From: an uncultured Actinomycetota bacterium
GTDB lineage: Bacteria; Actinomycetota; Actinomycetes; JAHEKZ01
Assembly: GCA_963829525.1 (NCBI GenBank)
Contig: CAWHIJ010000003.1
Coordinates: 928,001-992,000 of the forward strand
Direction of reading: 5' to 3'
Length of the DNA: 64,000 nt
The translations under genes and the position numbers were made by a program. Shown piece by piece: positions 39,027 to 48,995 of this stretch; within the stretch, counting starts at the first letter, position 1, and each line of letters begins with the position of its first letter. Under the pieces are notes generated by a model, which saw nothing but the letters and a program-made list of their open reading frames with translations, did no database searches and was not told where the DNA came from.

Positions 39027-39103
39027 CGCGGGGTGGAGCAGCTCGGTAGCTCGCTGGGCTCATAACCCAGAGGTCGCAGGTTCAAATCCTGCCCCCGCTA
39101 CCA
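39027..39103 (+). tRNA. Initiator tRNA-fMet (CAT)
   Basis: CGCGGGGTGGAGCAGCTCGGTAGCTCGCTGGGCTCATAACCCAG...TTCAAATCC...CCA; C1:A72 mismatch, GGG/CCC anticodon stem. Confidence 0.97.
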
Positions 39104-39124
39104 ATCGCCGTAGGTCAGCGAGGT

Positions 39125-39155
39125 GAAAGCCCCCCGAAGTCTTCGGGGGGCTTTC
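39125..39155 (+). terminator. Terminator after the tRNA
   Basis: GAAAGCCCCCCGAAG-T-CTTCGGGGGGCTTTC inverted repeat. Confidence 0.85.
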
Positions 39156-39341
39156 CTCATGCTCACAAGAGGCAGACAGCTCATCCGAGTAGGTGTCCCA
39201 AGGCTTCGGCTGCTGCCTATGCCGTCATGCCGTCCGAGGGCCCTTGAGGGCTTGAGCGACCCTGTCCGCGCGGTCCTGCGGCTGCTACGTTGAGCAGCCT
39301 GGCCGCCGCGGCAGGCGCGCTGAGAAACGAGTGGAGGGCCG

Positions 39342-39758
39342 ATGTCTGACTACAAGGCGGTAGCGCAGGAGATGTTCGGAGCCATAGCCGCTGGCGGAGA
39401 CGTCGATGCAGCCGTAGACAAGTACATGGCAGAGGACTTCATCGAACATGAGGAGATCCCCGGGATGGGCAACACCCGGGACACACCCCGGCAACTGTTC
39501 AAGATGATGCATGCGGCCATCACCGACTTCCACGTGGACGTTCACGACCTGCTCCAAGAAGGCGACAAAGTAGTCGCACGGGTCTCGTTCGTCGGCACCC
39601 ACACGGGTGAGTTCATGGGCGTGCCTGCAAGCGGTAACCCGGTGGACATCAACGCCATCGACATCCTGCAGTTCCGCGGTGACCAGTGCGTCGCTCATTG
39701 GGGTGTCATGGACATGGCCGGCGCACTCGCTCAGATGGGCGCAGGGCCACCCGCCTAA
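39342..39758 (+). CDS. SnoaL-like ester cyclase family protein
   Basis: [30 protein letters not shown]. Confidence 0.88.
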   Translation: MSDYKAVAQEMFGAIAAGGDVDAAVDKYMAEDFIEHEEIPGMGNTRDTPRQLFKMMHAAITDFHVDVHDLLQEGDKVVARVSFVGTHTGEFMGVPASGNPVDINAIDILQFRGDQCVAHWGVMDMAGALAQMGAGPPA

Positions 39759-40012
39759 TCGGGCGTGTCCCTGATTGGCTCGGTCCTTGGTCTACCAGAC
39801 TTTGCACGACGCCTCCTACCACGGGGCCCGCATCGCTCGTCGTCCATGATGCGCAGCTGCCAGATCTTGTCGGCCAGCCGCTCGGCGTCCTGCTCACTGT
39901 CGGTGTGCGTGACGCCGACGAGGACGACGAGCCCGGGGCCGTCGAAGCCGCCGACGCGCTCGCCGTCGACGTGAACCGCCGCACCGGACGCCACCTGCAC
40001 CACAGCTCGCAT
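39755..40012 (-). pseudogene. dtd: 3'-truncated D-aminoacyl-tRNA deacylase
   Basis: [28 protein letters not shown] are Dtd N-terminal motifs; SQFTL and Gly-Pro motifs are missing after about 39835. Confidence 0.75.
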
Positions 40013-40159
40013 GGGGCTCATTCTGCAGGCGAGGAGACGTTCTTCCGCTGACTGCGGAGCGAAAACCGCGCCAGGTGCGGATATTGATCCGAAGTCACCA
40101 GGTCGTGACCGCCCCCCTAATGTGTCGCCGCAAGACGGGAGGCCACGTGGGGGAGTTGG

Positions 40160-40660
40160 TCAGCCGCGGCCGAGCAGCTTTGTCGGGCCGGCGTTTCCGC
40201 CCATCGTCGAACCGCCGTAGTTCAGACCCTCAACCGAGACGCGGATTCGGTTCGGCGCCTCGGCAAGGCAAGCCCGGGGCATGAAGACGCGGTAGGCGCC
40301 GGTGTCACGATTCCGCGTGACCTCGAAGTTGCGACACCTGACGGACTTCTGGTCCTGGATGTCGCCGGTTGGGGTGTATAGCAGGCTAGCTGCCCAGTCT
40401 GTACCTGCGTAGCAAGCGGCCTGCGCGAAGTAGGTGATTGCGCCACTACGGGTGAGTACGTAGACGCTCAATTGCTTGGCCCCTCCACAGGGCTTGCCCA
40501 GCCCGAAGACTTTGGTGGTGACGGCGTCTTGACCGTTGTCGACAACGATCTTCTTCACGTCGCCCGAACCTTGGACCGTCTGTGACTCGGCGTTGGCGAT
40601 CGCCCCGCCGCCCATCACCAGAATCGTTGCTGCCATACCGGCAAGCATCTGCGCCTTCAC
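40160..40660 (-). CDS. Secreted hypothetical protein
   Basis: Sec-type signal (..GGGAIANA-E), four Cys; GAAGGGA RBS. Confidence 0.65.
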   Translation of the reverse strand: MKAQMLAGMAATILVMGGGAIANAESQTVQGSGDVKKIVVDNGQDAVTTKVFGLGKPCGGAKQLSVYVLTRSGAITYFAQAACYAGTDWAASLLYTPTGDIQDQKSVRCRNFEVTRNRDTGAYRVFMPRACLAEAPNRIRVSVEGLNYGGSTMGGNAGPTKLLGRG

Positions 40661-40809
40661 TGAGAGTCCCTTCTTTGGCTGCTGGCAGCATAGGTGAGCA
40701 GCCACGTGTCGTCTGGCAAACCGGTATATCGCGCAGTGAAGGCGACTATGCGTTGTGCAGCGAGGTGGTCGGTTGGTGACCTTGAGCGTCAGCGGAGGCT
40801 GACGCTGCC

Positions 40810-41336
40810 GCCGCTCGCGGCGGAGTGGCCGTCCTACGTCGCCTACGTTGCGGCTTTCGCGATGATCGGATCCGTCTGGCTGCACCACCACCTGGCGTTC
40901 GCTCGCCTCCGCCGGGCGGACATCGGGGTGATTCTCACCAACCTCGTACTCCTACTGACGGTTTCGGTACTGCCGTTCCCGACGGCTGTCCTGTCCAGCG
41001 CCTGGCGGCTGGGGGAGCGCAGCGACCGTGTCGTCGCTGCGCTGCTGTTCGCGCTCGTGTCGGTGGCGATCTCCGGGGCTTACGTCGGACTGTGCAGCCA
41101 CATGGCGCGACACGCCGAGCTGCTTAGTGATGCAGGCGCGAGCGCCTTCCTCCTCGGCGAGCGTCGACGCGGCGCCATCGCGATCCTTGGCACCGGTGGC
41201 GGCCGCTCTCCTCGCTTTCGCGGCGTCGATGCTCGCCCTCGTCCTCTTCGCGGTTACGCCGGTCTTCTACCTGACGACGGTGCAGCGCATGGCAGACGGT
41301 GACCCCGAGGCCGAGGTCTCTGAGCCGGCTCCTTGA
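40810..41336 (+). pseudogene. TMEM175-family K+ channel remnant (5'-truncated, frameshift near 41190)
   Basis: WPSYVAY..F..IGSVWLHHH and LPFPTAVL motifs; N-terminal RxxxFSD motif absent; last TM helix lies in another frame. Confidence 0.7.
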
Positions 41337-41536
41337 CTCGGCCCACCGGACAGTGGCCGCGAAGGGGCGACAAGGGCTCCGACCAAGCCGGCTGGGCGAC
41401 CTTGCGGGAGCCGCTGCAGTAACGACTTGTCGCAACCCTCGAAGTCAGGTGTCCAACCGAAATGGCAGCACTTCAAATTTGGGGAACGGCGCGGCACGCG
41501 CACCTCCCAGTGCGAGGTGACCCAGCACTCGGGAAG

Positions 41537-42100
41537 TCAGACTTCGCGTACCGGGACGACGACTTCGTTGCGACGTCGGAACCACGGCGTCCACGGCGGG
41601 TCGAAGCGTGCGAAACGTGGTGGACCGGTCGTCTCGAGCCCGTCTCCCCGCACCGCCCGCAGCAGTCGGTCGGTCTGCTTCTCGTACGCAGTGGACGTCC
41701 ATCGCCCGGAGTACCTCGCGACGGCGGCGAGTTCCTCGGGAACCGCCCGGATCGTGACCTGGGCATCGCCAGGGTCCGGGAGTGACTCGCTCGTCGCACC
41801 CTGCGGCATGACGAATGAGACGACGTAGCGGCCGGGTGCGGTCTCGGTGGTCACCGTCTCCGCGGCCGCCGGAGTGTGGTCGGTGTCGTCGCGGCGCTGG
41901 AGTACCGGGGCGGTCATCGCCAGGCTCTCGCTGGTCCGGTTCTGCCCACGGATGTAGGCCACCAATGGACGGAAGGCCGCGTTGCCGGCGCCTTCGAAAG
42001 AGCCGTCGACCTCGACCTCGGCGACCAGGTGTGCGGGATAGCGACGTAGCTGGAATCCCGGCCCCTGCCGTATCACCTCGTACCGCTGCTGCTCGGTCAT
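41537..42100 (-). CDS. SOUL heme-binding protein
   Basis: MTEQQRYEV, AFRPLVAYI.G.N, AMTAPV, FDPPWTPWFRRRNEV. Confidence 0.9.
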   Translation of the reverse strand: MTEQQRYEVIRQGPGFQLRRYPAHLVAEVEVDGSFEGAGNAAFRPLVAYIRGQNRTSESLAMTAPVLQRRDDTDHTPAAAETVTTETAPGRYVVSFVMPQGATSESLPDPGDAQVTIRAVPEELAAVARYSGRWTSTAYEKQTDRLLRAVRGDGLETTGPPRFARFDPPWTPWFRRRNEVVVPVREV

Positions 42101-42308
42101 GACGACCTCTCGCATCCTTCTCGCCGCTGGTGCCGCTCTCACGAACCGTACGCCGATAGTGGACTTTCGCGCCCGCTTTGGCGCCGTCACACCGAGAGTG
42201 GGCGCGGCCCGGCTGACCAGCCCGAACGCTCGGTAGTGCCGGTTCGATCGTCCGTGAGAGGCACTTACGTTGGCTTGCCGGTTGGAATCGGTGGCGCGTT
42301 CCGCCGGA

Positions 42309-42797
42309 TCACCCCGGCGGGAAGGGGGGCGGGCCCAGGATCTCGATTCCTCCGTTGGTGACGGCGGACTCGCGGACCCGGTCGAAGTCGACCACTCGAT
42401 CGGTATCGGAGGTGAGTGGCTCGCTCGCGCCGAGGTAGAACGCCTGGCAGGTGCCGGGAGTGTGCAAGGTGAGCATGGTTGCGGTCTCCGAGAGCACCAG
42501 GAATGCGTGCGGAACCGTGCGAGGGGCGATGACGAGGCCCCCGGCGCTGAGTGTGTGTTCCTGACCATCGAGGTGGACGAGGATCTCGCCATCGACGACG
42601 TAGAGCGACTCGTCCGACGGATGGGTGTGCAGGGGCGTGCACTTGCCCTTGTCCATGGCGTCCGAGAACAGCAGGAACGCGCCGGCGGTCTCTTCGGCCG
42701 TGGCCAGCCAGCTGTGCACCCCACCACCGAAGAACCATCGCTGATCGGCTTGCTCTGCAGAACGCAGGACGGGGCTGGCGGTCGTTGTCTCTGACAT
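42309..42797 (-). CDS. Cupin domain protein
   Basis: PLHTH..DESLYVVDG, PRTVPHAF. Confidence 0.88.
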   Translation of the reverse strand: MSETTTASPVLRSAEQADQRWFFGGGVHSWLATAEETAGAFLLFSDAMDKGKCTPLHTHPSDESLYVVDGEILVHLDGQEHTLSAGGLVIAPRTVPHAFLVLSETATMLTLHTPGTCQAFYLGASEPLTSDTDRVVDFDRVRESAVTNGGIEILGPPPFPPG

Positions 42798-42812
42798 GGG
42801 GCCTCCCGATTA

Positions 42813-42830
42813 ATGGGACTTAAGTCCCAT
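42813..42830. promoter_or_regulatory. Perfect 18-bp palindrome, probable TetR operator
   Basis: ATGGGACTTAAGTCCCAT in the 51-bp divergent cupin/TetR spacer. Confidence 0.75.
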
Positions 42831-42848
42831 GACGGATAGTCCAGTACC

Positions 42849-43523
42849 ATGAACGTCGTGTCAACCCCCTACGAGGCGGGCGGTCGAACCCGTCAGAAGC
42901 AGCGCACTCGAGAGAGCCTCGTCGCCGCCGCACGGATTCTGGTGAGGGACGGAGCCACCCCGACCGTGGAGGAGGTGGCCGAAGAGGCCGGCATCTCGCG
43001 AACGACCGCCTACCGCTACTTCGCCAACCAGCGATCGCTGCTCGTCGCGGCCCACCCAGAGACGGGCGCGACGACCCTTCTGCCCGATGGCGTCTCGGCA
43101 GACCCTCAGGAGCGTCTTGACGCTGTGGCCACGCGATTCATCCGACTCATCATCGACACCGAGGCCGCTCAGCGCACCATGCTGCGCCTGTCGCTCAGCG
43201 CCAATCCGCAGGAGCGTGGCGGGCTGCCGCTGCGTCAAGGTCGTGCGATCGCATGGATCACCGAAGCCCTCCAACCGCTGCGTGGCCGACTGACCGATGA
43301 GGAGGTGCATCGGCTCGCCCTGGCTGTCCGGAGCGCCATCGGAGTGGAGGCCCTCGTCTGGTTGACCGACATCGGTGGGCTGTCGCGTGAAGAGGCTGCG
43401 GTAAACATGAGGTGGTCCGCACAGTCTCTGCTTTCGGCCGCCATGAATGCGAGCCCGCCTCCCACACCGGCGACGAAACGTCGCGCCGACCAGCGAACCG
43501 CGCGACCTGGAGCGAAGGCGTAA
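42849..43523 (+). CDS. TetR/AcrR family regulator
   Basis: PTVEEVAEEAGISRTTAYRYF HTH. Confidence 0.9.
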   Translation: MNVVSTPYEAGGRTRQKQRTRESLVAAARILVRDGATPTVEEVAEEAGISRTTAYRYFANQRSLLVAAHPETGATTLLPDGVSADPQERLDAVATRFIRLIIDTEAAQRTMLRLSLSANPQERGGLPLRQGRAIAWITEALQPLRGRLTDEEVHRLALAVRSAIGVEALVWLTDIGGLSREEAAVNMRWSAQSLLSAAMNASPPPTPATKRRADQRTARPGAKA

Positions 43524-43631
43524 TCCGCGGCGATCTAAACGTCGGTCAGGTCATGAACCCAGCTTCCACTGTCGCGTTTCACCGTCGCGCGCGTGGTAGC
43601 TCCGCGGGGAAGTGTCGTTTCGGCACATCTC

Positions 43632-44744
43632 TCACCCACCGGGCGTGTGCCCGGTGCCCAAAGCACGGGCGAGCACTGTGACGCGATCATGTGCACCGGT
43701 CTTGGTGAAGATCGACTTGAGGTGGTCTTGAACGGTGTGTTCGGACAATGCCATCTGGCGAGCCATCGCCCGGGTGTCGGCGCCGGCGGCGAGCAGTCTC
43801 ACCAGCTCGTACTCACGAGGAGTGAGCGCGAAGGCGCGCCCGAAGAGCTCGAGACGCTCGGTGGCCGACGTCTCCTCGATCGTCACGACGATGCCTGCTG
43901 TGGAAGGGTCAGTTGCGATCGAGTGTGGCTCGTCGTTAGCGATTCTGGCGGCGCGAAGGGTGAGCCAGAAGCCGTCGCTGAGGTGCGTGCGGGTAGACGC
44001 CGGGTGGTGGTCAACGCCCCCTTCGATGGCCAAGAGCTGCGCAGCGACGTTGTAGACGCTCGCCGGGACGGCGTGTGAGCCGGGGCCGGGTGGGAGCAGG
44101 GCCTCCAGCCAGTTCTGGGATGCTGCAGTTCGACTGGTGATCCGCAGATCGTCGTCGAGTGTGAGCACGACTGGCCCGACGTCGTCCCGGTGCGGTGTTG
44201 CTGCTTCGACGAATGTGCGCGCCTGGCATTCACGCAGTGCGACGGTCACCGTCGGGGCGACGGCCGCCAGGAACTTGGCTTCTGGCCCACCAAATGGTTC
44301 GCTCTCGTCATTGCGCCACAGGTCCAGAAATCCCCAGCAACCGAACTGGTCCGCGAAGACCGTCGAGGCCACGTCGCGGACCGTGTGCCTGTCCAGCAGC
44401 TCGAGCCACTCCCTGCGTTGACCCAGGTCGTCATCTGTCGCGTTGCTCAGCAGCCCCACAGGCGAAGTCTTCTCCATCAGGTCGGTCCAGCGGTTAACGT
44501 CCATGCCGTACTTGGCCCGGATGAGCGCCGGCAGTTCCGAGAGTGGGAGCCTGGGAACGTCGGCCAACGGGGCGGCACCGACGGTTGTCACCGGATCGGT
44601 CAGCAGCCACACGTATGCGTCGAAACCAACCACCTCGGCGAGGACGTCGAGGACCGCTTCACGCAGGATTACGCAGTCGGGCGTCTGCCGGACGACGTCC
44701 TCGATCCGCTCGCGGGCTCGAGACTGCGCCCATGTGCTGGCCAC
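43632..44744 (-). CDS. LuxR-family regulator with GAF-like N-terminus
   Basis: C-terminal LTPREYEL...SEHTVQDHLKSIFTKTG; start approximate. Confidence 0.88.
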   Translation of the reverse strand: MASTWAQSRARERIEDVVRQTPDCVILREAVLDVLAEVVGFDAYVWLLTDPVTTVGAAPLADVPRLPLSELPALIRAKYGMDVNRWTDLMEKTSPVGLLSNATDDDLGQRREWLELLDRHTVRDVASTVFADQFGCWGFLDLWRNDESEPFGGPEAKFLAAVAPTVTVALRECQARTFVEAATPHRDDVGPVVLTLDDDLRITSRTAASQNWLEALLPPGPGSHAVPASVYNVAAQLLAIEGGVDHHPASTRTHLSDGFWLTLRAARIANDEPHSIATDPSTAGIVVTIEETSATERLELFGRAFALTPREYELVRLLAAGADTRAMARQMALSEHTVQDHLKSIFTKTGAHDRVTVLARALGTGHTPGG

Positions 44745-44893
44745 GGGCTGAGCGTACGTGGCGATCGACAACACCCGGCGAAGTTGCTCAGTCCGGCTGC
44801 GGACCCCAGGAATCTGGGATGTTGCGCAGCACGGGTAGCGACCTACCGTGATGGTCCATCAGCAAACGCCCGCCGGACCGATCGGATAGCCCA

Positions 44894-45211
44894 ATGACCA
44901 CGTTGCGCATCGAGCACACGATCCATGACTACGACCGGTGGAAGGCGGCGTTCGACGGCTTCGCCCAGGTGCGTGTCGACGCCGGGGTCCGCGGCTACGC
45001 GATCCGTCGGCCCGTGGACGATCCGCGGTACCTCATGCTCGACCTGGAGTTCGACACCGCGGACGCTGCAGGGAATTTCGCACGGTTCCTGGAGCAGCAG
45101 GTCTGGTCCTCACCGGAATCTGCCCCCGCACTCGCTGGCGTCCCTCGTACCCGTCTCCTCGAACTCCGGGGAACCGAATGGGGGACCGCCGCCCCGGGCG
45201 AGACGGACTGA
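44894..45211 (+). CDS. Small dimeric alpha/beta-barrel-like hypothetical protein
   Basis: IEH..HDYDRWKAAFD...R..DDP pattern; divergent from LuxR. Confidence 0.75.
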   Translation: MTTLRIEHTIHDYDRWKAAFDGFAQVRVDAGVRGYAIRRPVDDPRYLMLDLEFDTADAAGNFARFLEQQVWSSPESAPALAGVPRTRLLELRGTEWGTAAPGETD

Positions 45212-45239
45212 ACTCCGTCATCGGGCCCAGGATGCCGCC

Positions 45240-45869
45240 TCAGTCGGGGCGGTGGGGCGTCGAGGTCCGTGGACTCGCGATGGTCACCATGCCGAGCATG
45301 AGTTCGACTGCGGAGCGGTTGGACAGGCCCTGGACCACGCAGAGGGACCGCCAGGTTTCGAAGGCGGCTGCATGCCCAATCGCCGCCGGCAAGATCCGGG
45401 GGCTGCGGCGGGGGAACGGCTGGAGAAGCGCTTCGACCCATCGCCTCTGCGCTCGGACCCGGTTCGCCCTGACGGATGGCGGAACGGACTCCGCGTCGCG
45501 GTTGATGAGGGTGAGCATCTGCTCGCCAGACCGGTAGTAGCGGTAGATGTCGGTGAGACCGACACGCAGGCGAACCAGCGGGTCGTCGTGCGCCGTCCAC
45601 GCATCCACGTCGGGGAGCCGCTGGCGCGACAGCCATTGGTTCGAACAGGCGAGGAACAGGGACTCCTCATCGGAGAAGTGTCGGTAGACCGTAGCCCGGG
45701 TCACAGCGGCATGCTCGGCGATCGCCGAAACGCTGGTGCGCGACGGACCAAGCGTCTGATGGAGTTCCTCGGCCGCATCGACGATCCGTGCCCGGGTCCG
45801 TTTCTCGTCCTCGAGGCGCTTGGTCTTCTGGTACCTGCGGCGCCGCGTCGGGCTCGACTGTTCTTGCAC
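45240..45869 (-). CDS. TetR/AcrR family regulator
   Basis: TSVSAIAEHAAVTRATVYRHF HTH; start approximate. Confidence 0.85.
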   Translation of the reverse strand: MQEQSSPTRRRRYQKTKRLEDEKRTRARIVDAAEELHQTLGPSRTSVSAIAEHAAVTRATVYRHFSDEESLFLACSNQWLSRQRLPDVDAWTAHDDPLVRLRVGLTDIYRYYRSGEQMLTLINRDAESVPPSVRANRVRAQRRWVEALLQPFPRRSPRILPAAIGHAAAFETWRSLCVVQGLSNRSAVELMLGMVTIASPRTSTPHRPD

Positions 45870-45949
45870 AACTATTGACTCCCTGGCTACCGAGGTGTCT
45901 ATTTGGAGATACACAACTGTACTTTGAAATTATTGAGGGAGCTGCAACC

Positions 45950-46465
45950 GTGGAGAGTGTCGAAGCGCCGGAACTGACCGTGGTGCGCCCGGGAGAGGGG
46001 GAGACCCGAGATCTGGGGACGATCGGGGTGGTGTTCAAACTCTTCGGCGAGCAGACCAACGGCAATGTGTCCATCGTCGAGCACCCGTTCCCGGTCGGCG
46101 CCTGCGTGCCTCCCCACCTTCACACGCGTGAGGATGAGTACTCCATCGTCACCGAGGGGGAGATCGGCTTCCGGTCCGGTGACCGCGAGGTCGTCCTGGG
46201 AGCCGGCGGCTACATCACCAAACCCCGCGGTGAGACGCACACCATGTGGAACGCGGGGTCTGTTCCAGCCCGGATGATCGAGGTGATCAGCCCAGCAGGC
46301 TTCGAGCACTTCTTCTGGGGGATCGGAGAGGCGATGGCGTCCGGCGGCCTCGCTCCGGAGGTGGTCGCGGCTCTCGCGGAGGAGCACGGGCTCGTCTTCG
46401 GGGACGCTCCGTGGCTGGACGATGTCATCGCGCGCTATAACCTCCGCCAGCCGCCGGGCCGCTGA
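45950..46465 (+). CDS. Cupin domain protein
   Basis: PPHLHTREDEYS, KPRGETHTMWN; GAGGGAG RBS. Confidence 0.88.
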   Translation: MESVEAPELTVVRPGEGETRDLGTIGVVFKLFGEQTNGNVSIVEHPFPVGACVPPHLHTREDEYSIVTEGEIGFRSGDREVVLGAGGYITKPRGETHTMWNAGSVPARMIEVISPAGFEHFFWGIGEAMASGGLAPEVVAALAEEHGLVFGDAPWLDDVIARYNLRQPPGR

Positions 46466-46566
46466 CCGTGGTTCGTCGGCGCTTCTTCGGTCAGGCATCG
46501 TCCCCGGCAATTTCTTGGGGGATGCGGAAGTGGCCGTCGGGCAGGGCCGTACGAAATCTCCAACAA

Positions 46567-47739
46567 TCACCTGAGTGTGGTGAGGGCGTTGACGAGCGCG
46601 CTGATGTCACTGCTGTCGTTGTAGTGATGAAGTGAGACGCGGATGCCACCTCCGCGGGAGCTAACCACGACGCCAGCTTCCTCGAGGAGTCGCTGTACCT
46701 CGACGGCGGTGAGGGTGGGGTGTCGGAGGGAGAGGATGTGGCTTGTGGAGGCACTGGAGTCCAGCGAGCGGAAGGGCGCCCAACCCAGCGGTGCGGCGCG
46801 GGAGACGAGTTCGTTTGCCAGCTCGGCAGCGTGCTCGGCGACCGTCGGCATCCCGATTTCTGCCAATAGGGAGAGGGACGCGGAAAGGCTGACCGCTGAG
46901 CCGTACGCCATCGTCGAGAGTTCGAATCGTCGGGCGTCGGGAGCAAGGGAAAGTTGGTCGGCGTGGAAGTCGAAGGGGTCTGCCGCGCCCTTCCATCCGA
47001 CGAGGTGCGGCGTCTCTTCGGCCAGTTCATCGTCCACCGCCAGCAGGGCCACACCGCCATGCCCGGACAGCCACTTGTAGCCGCTGCAAACCACGGCGTC
47101 TGCGCCCCAGTCGCGCATGCTCATTGGTGCCGCTCCCGCCAACTGTGTGACGTCAACGATCACTTTTGCGCCGACCTGGTGCGCCTGTCGCACAATTTCG
47201 TGGACGTTGACTCCCGAACCGGTTGCGTACTGGACGGCACTGACGCAGATCGTCGATGTGTCTGTGTCTATCGCTTCGAGCAGGGCCTCGGTGAGGTCCT
47301 TTGCGGGTTGGTCATCGACCCACCGGATCTTGGTACCCATGCGTCGCTGCGCGCCGAGCCAAGGGTAGGTGACGCTCGGGAAGTCAGTCCGGATCAGGAC
47401 AACCGCACCAGGACGTGACGCCAGGATCGCGGCTAGTTGCCCGAGCCCCTCGCTGGCGCCGCCCACGACCGCCACCGAGCCCGCTGGGGCGCCCAGAAAG
47501 GCGGCGGCGGCCGCGCGCAGCTCGTCGAGAATTCTGGCCTCCTGCGCGTCCGACAGAAGCACGTTGCCGTGTTGTGCGACATCGACGACGAAGCGCACCA
47601 TCGCCTCTGTCGAGGCTTCAGGGACAAGACCCAGTGATGCCTGATTGAGGTAGAAGCAGCTTCGCAAGGCTGCGAAGGTTTCGCGCGGCACCAGCGAGTT
47701 CACGCTCACAGGTCTCGCCTCCAAAGAGCTCTCGGCCAT
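46567..47739 (-). CDS. Class V PLP-dependent aminotransferase (cysteine desulfurase/lyase-like)
   Basis: YLNQASLG, VDVTQ, SGYKWL (PLP Lys), IRVSLHHYN; start approximate. Confidence 0.87.
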   Translation of the reverse strand: MAESSLEARPVSVNSLVPRETFAALRSCFYLNQASLGLVPEASTEAMVRFVVDVAQHGNVLLSDAQEARILDELRAAAAAFLGAPAGSVAVVGGASEGLGQLAAILASRPGAVVLIRTDFPSVTYPWLGAQRRMGTKIRWVDDQPAKDLTEALLEAIDTDTSTICVSAVQYATGSGVNVHEIVRQAHQVGAKVIVDVTQLAGAAPMSMRDWGADAVVCSGYKWLSGHGGVALLAVDDELAEETPHLVGWKGAADPFDFHADQLSLAPDARRFELSTMAYGSAVSLSASLSLLAEIGMPTVAEHAAELANELVSRAAPLGWAPFRSLDSSASTSHILSLRHPTLTAVEVQRLLEEAGVVVSSRGGGIRVSLHHYNDSSDISALVNALTTLR

Positions 47740-47789
47740 GACTTCGTCGCACCTCTTGAGTTGCTCGACGATCATGGCAGGCTCGGGGC

Positions 47790-48995
47790 GTGCCCCGGCC
47801 GAAGTGGATGACCCGCAACTTGAAGGTCCTGTCGGCGGTTTCGCTGATGCAGGACGCGGCGAGCGAGTTGGTCTATCCGATTTTGCCGATCTTGCTGACA
47901 TCCGTTTTGGGTGCTCCTGCGGCGGTTGTCGGCCTCGTTGAGGGGGTGGCTGAGGGCGCTGCCGCTCTCACGAAGTACGTCAGTGGCCGAGTTTCGGATC
48001 GCACGGGACGTAAGCCGTTGGTCGGGCTTGGGTATGGCATGGCGGCCTTAGGGAAGGTGATTGTCGCCGCCGCGGGAGTGTGGCCGATTGTGCTGGTTGG
48101 TCGGGTGGTTGACCGGGTCGGCAAGGGCATTCGTGGGGCACCGCGTGATGCGCTGCTCGCAGATGGGGTCGACCACGCTCAGCTTGGCCGCGTATTCGGG
48201 TTCCACCGTGCGGCCGACACTTTGGGAGCCGTCATCGGCCCACTGATCGGACTTGCAGTTCTTGCGTTGACTGGTGGAAACATCCAGCTCGTGCTGTGGG
48301 TGGCGGTCGTACCCGCAGTTCTGTCGGTGGTTCTGGTCCTGTGGGTTCGCGAACCGCGTCGCCCGACCGACACCGTCCGTGCGGGACTAAGCAGCGACAA
48401 ACCAATGCCCGACCGGTCCGAGCCGTTACCGCCTGAGTTCAGGCGGGTAGTGGGTGCGCTTACGCTGATTGCGTTGGTGAACTTTCCCGACGCACTCATC
48501 CTGCTACGCGTGTCGGAGGTGGGTTTCTCGGTCTCGGGTGTGGTTGCTGCATACGTGATCTACAACCTTTCCTACGCGCTGATTTCCTACCCGGCTGGTG
48601 CACTCTCAGATCACCTTCCGCGGGCCCGCGTCTACGCGTTGGGGTTGGTCTGTTTCGCCACTGGATACATAGGGCTCGGCCTGGTCGACGGCGGCTGGCC
48701 GGTGATTGTCTTGCTGTGTGTGTACGGCGGCTTCAATGCGATGACTGACGGAGTCGGCAAGGCGTGGGTCTCGTCGTTGGTGAAACGGCAAGTGCGCGGG
48801 CGAGCGCAGGGCGTGTTCCAGGGACTGGCTGGCGGTGCTGTCCTGTTCGCTGGCCTATGGGCCGGCCTCGCATGGGAACTGGGTCCCGGCAACGGAACCG
48901 TCCCGCTGATCGTCGCTGGGTGCGTGGCAGTGGCCGCGGCACCAATTCTGTGGCTTTCCAGTCGACGTCTGGAAGTGGGATCAGCCAGTGTGTGA
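47790..48995 (+). CDS. MFS transporter
   Basis: GRVSDRTGRK motif A, DRVGKGIRGAPRDALL, about 12 TM. Confidence 0.9.
   Translation: MPRPKWMTRNLKVLSAVSLMQDAASELVYPILPILLTSVLGAPAAVVGLVEGVAEGAAALTKYVSGRVSDRTGRKPLVGLGYGMAALGKVIVAAAGVWPIVLVGRVVDRVGKGIRGAPRDALLADGVDHAQLGRVFGFHRAADTLGAVIGPLIGLAVLALTGGNIQLVLWVAVVPAVLSVVLVLWVREPRRPTDTVRAGLSSDKPMPDRSEPLPPEFRRVVGALTLIALVNFPDALILLRVSEVGFSVSGVVAAYVIYNLSYALISYPAGALSDHLPRARVYALGLVCFATGYIGLGLVDGGWPVIVLLCVYGGFNAMTDGVGKAWVSSLVKRQVRGRAQGVFQGLAGGAVLFAGLWAGLAWELGPGNGTVPLIVAGCVAVAAAPILWLSSRRLEVGSASV

Noticed and set aside
46497-46526. TCCCC/GGGGA inverted repeat as a second LuxR operator
   Set aside because: Lies between two convergent 3' ends with no gene to regulate; more likely a weak terminator or remnant
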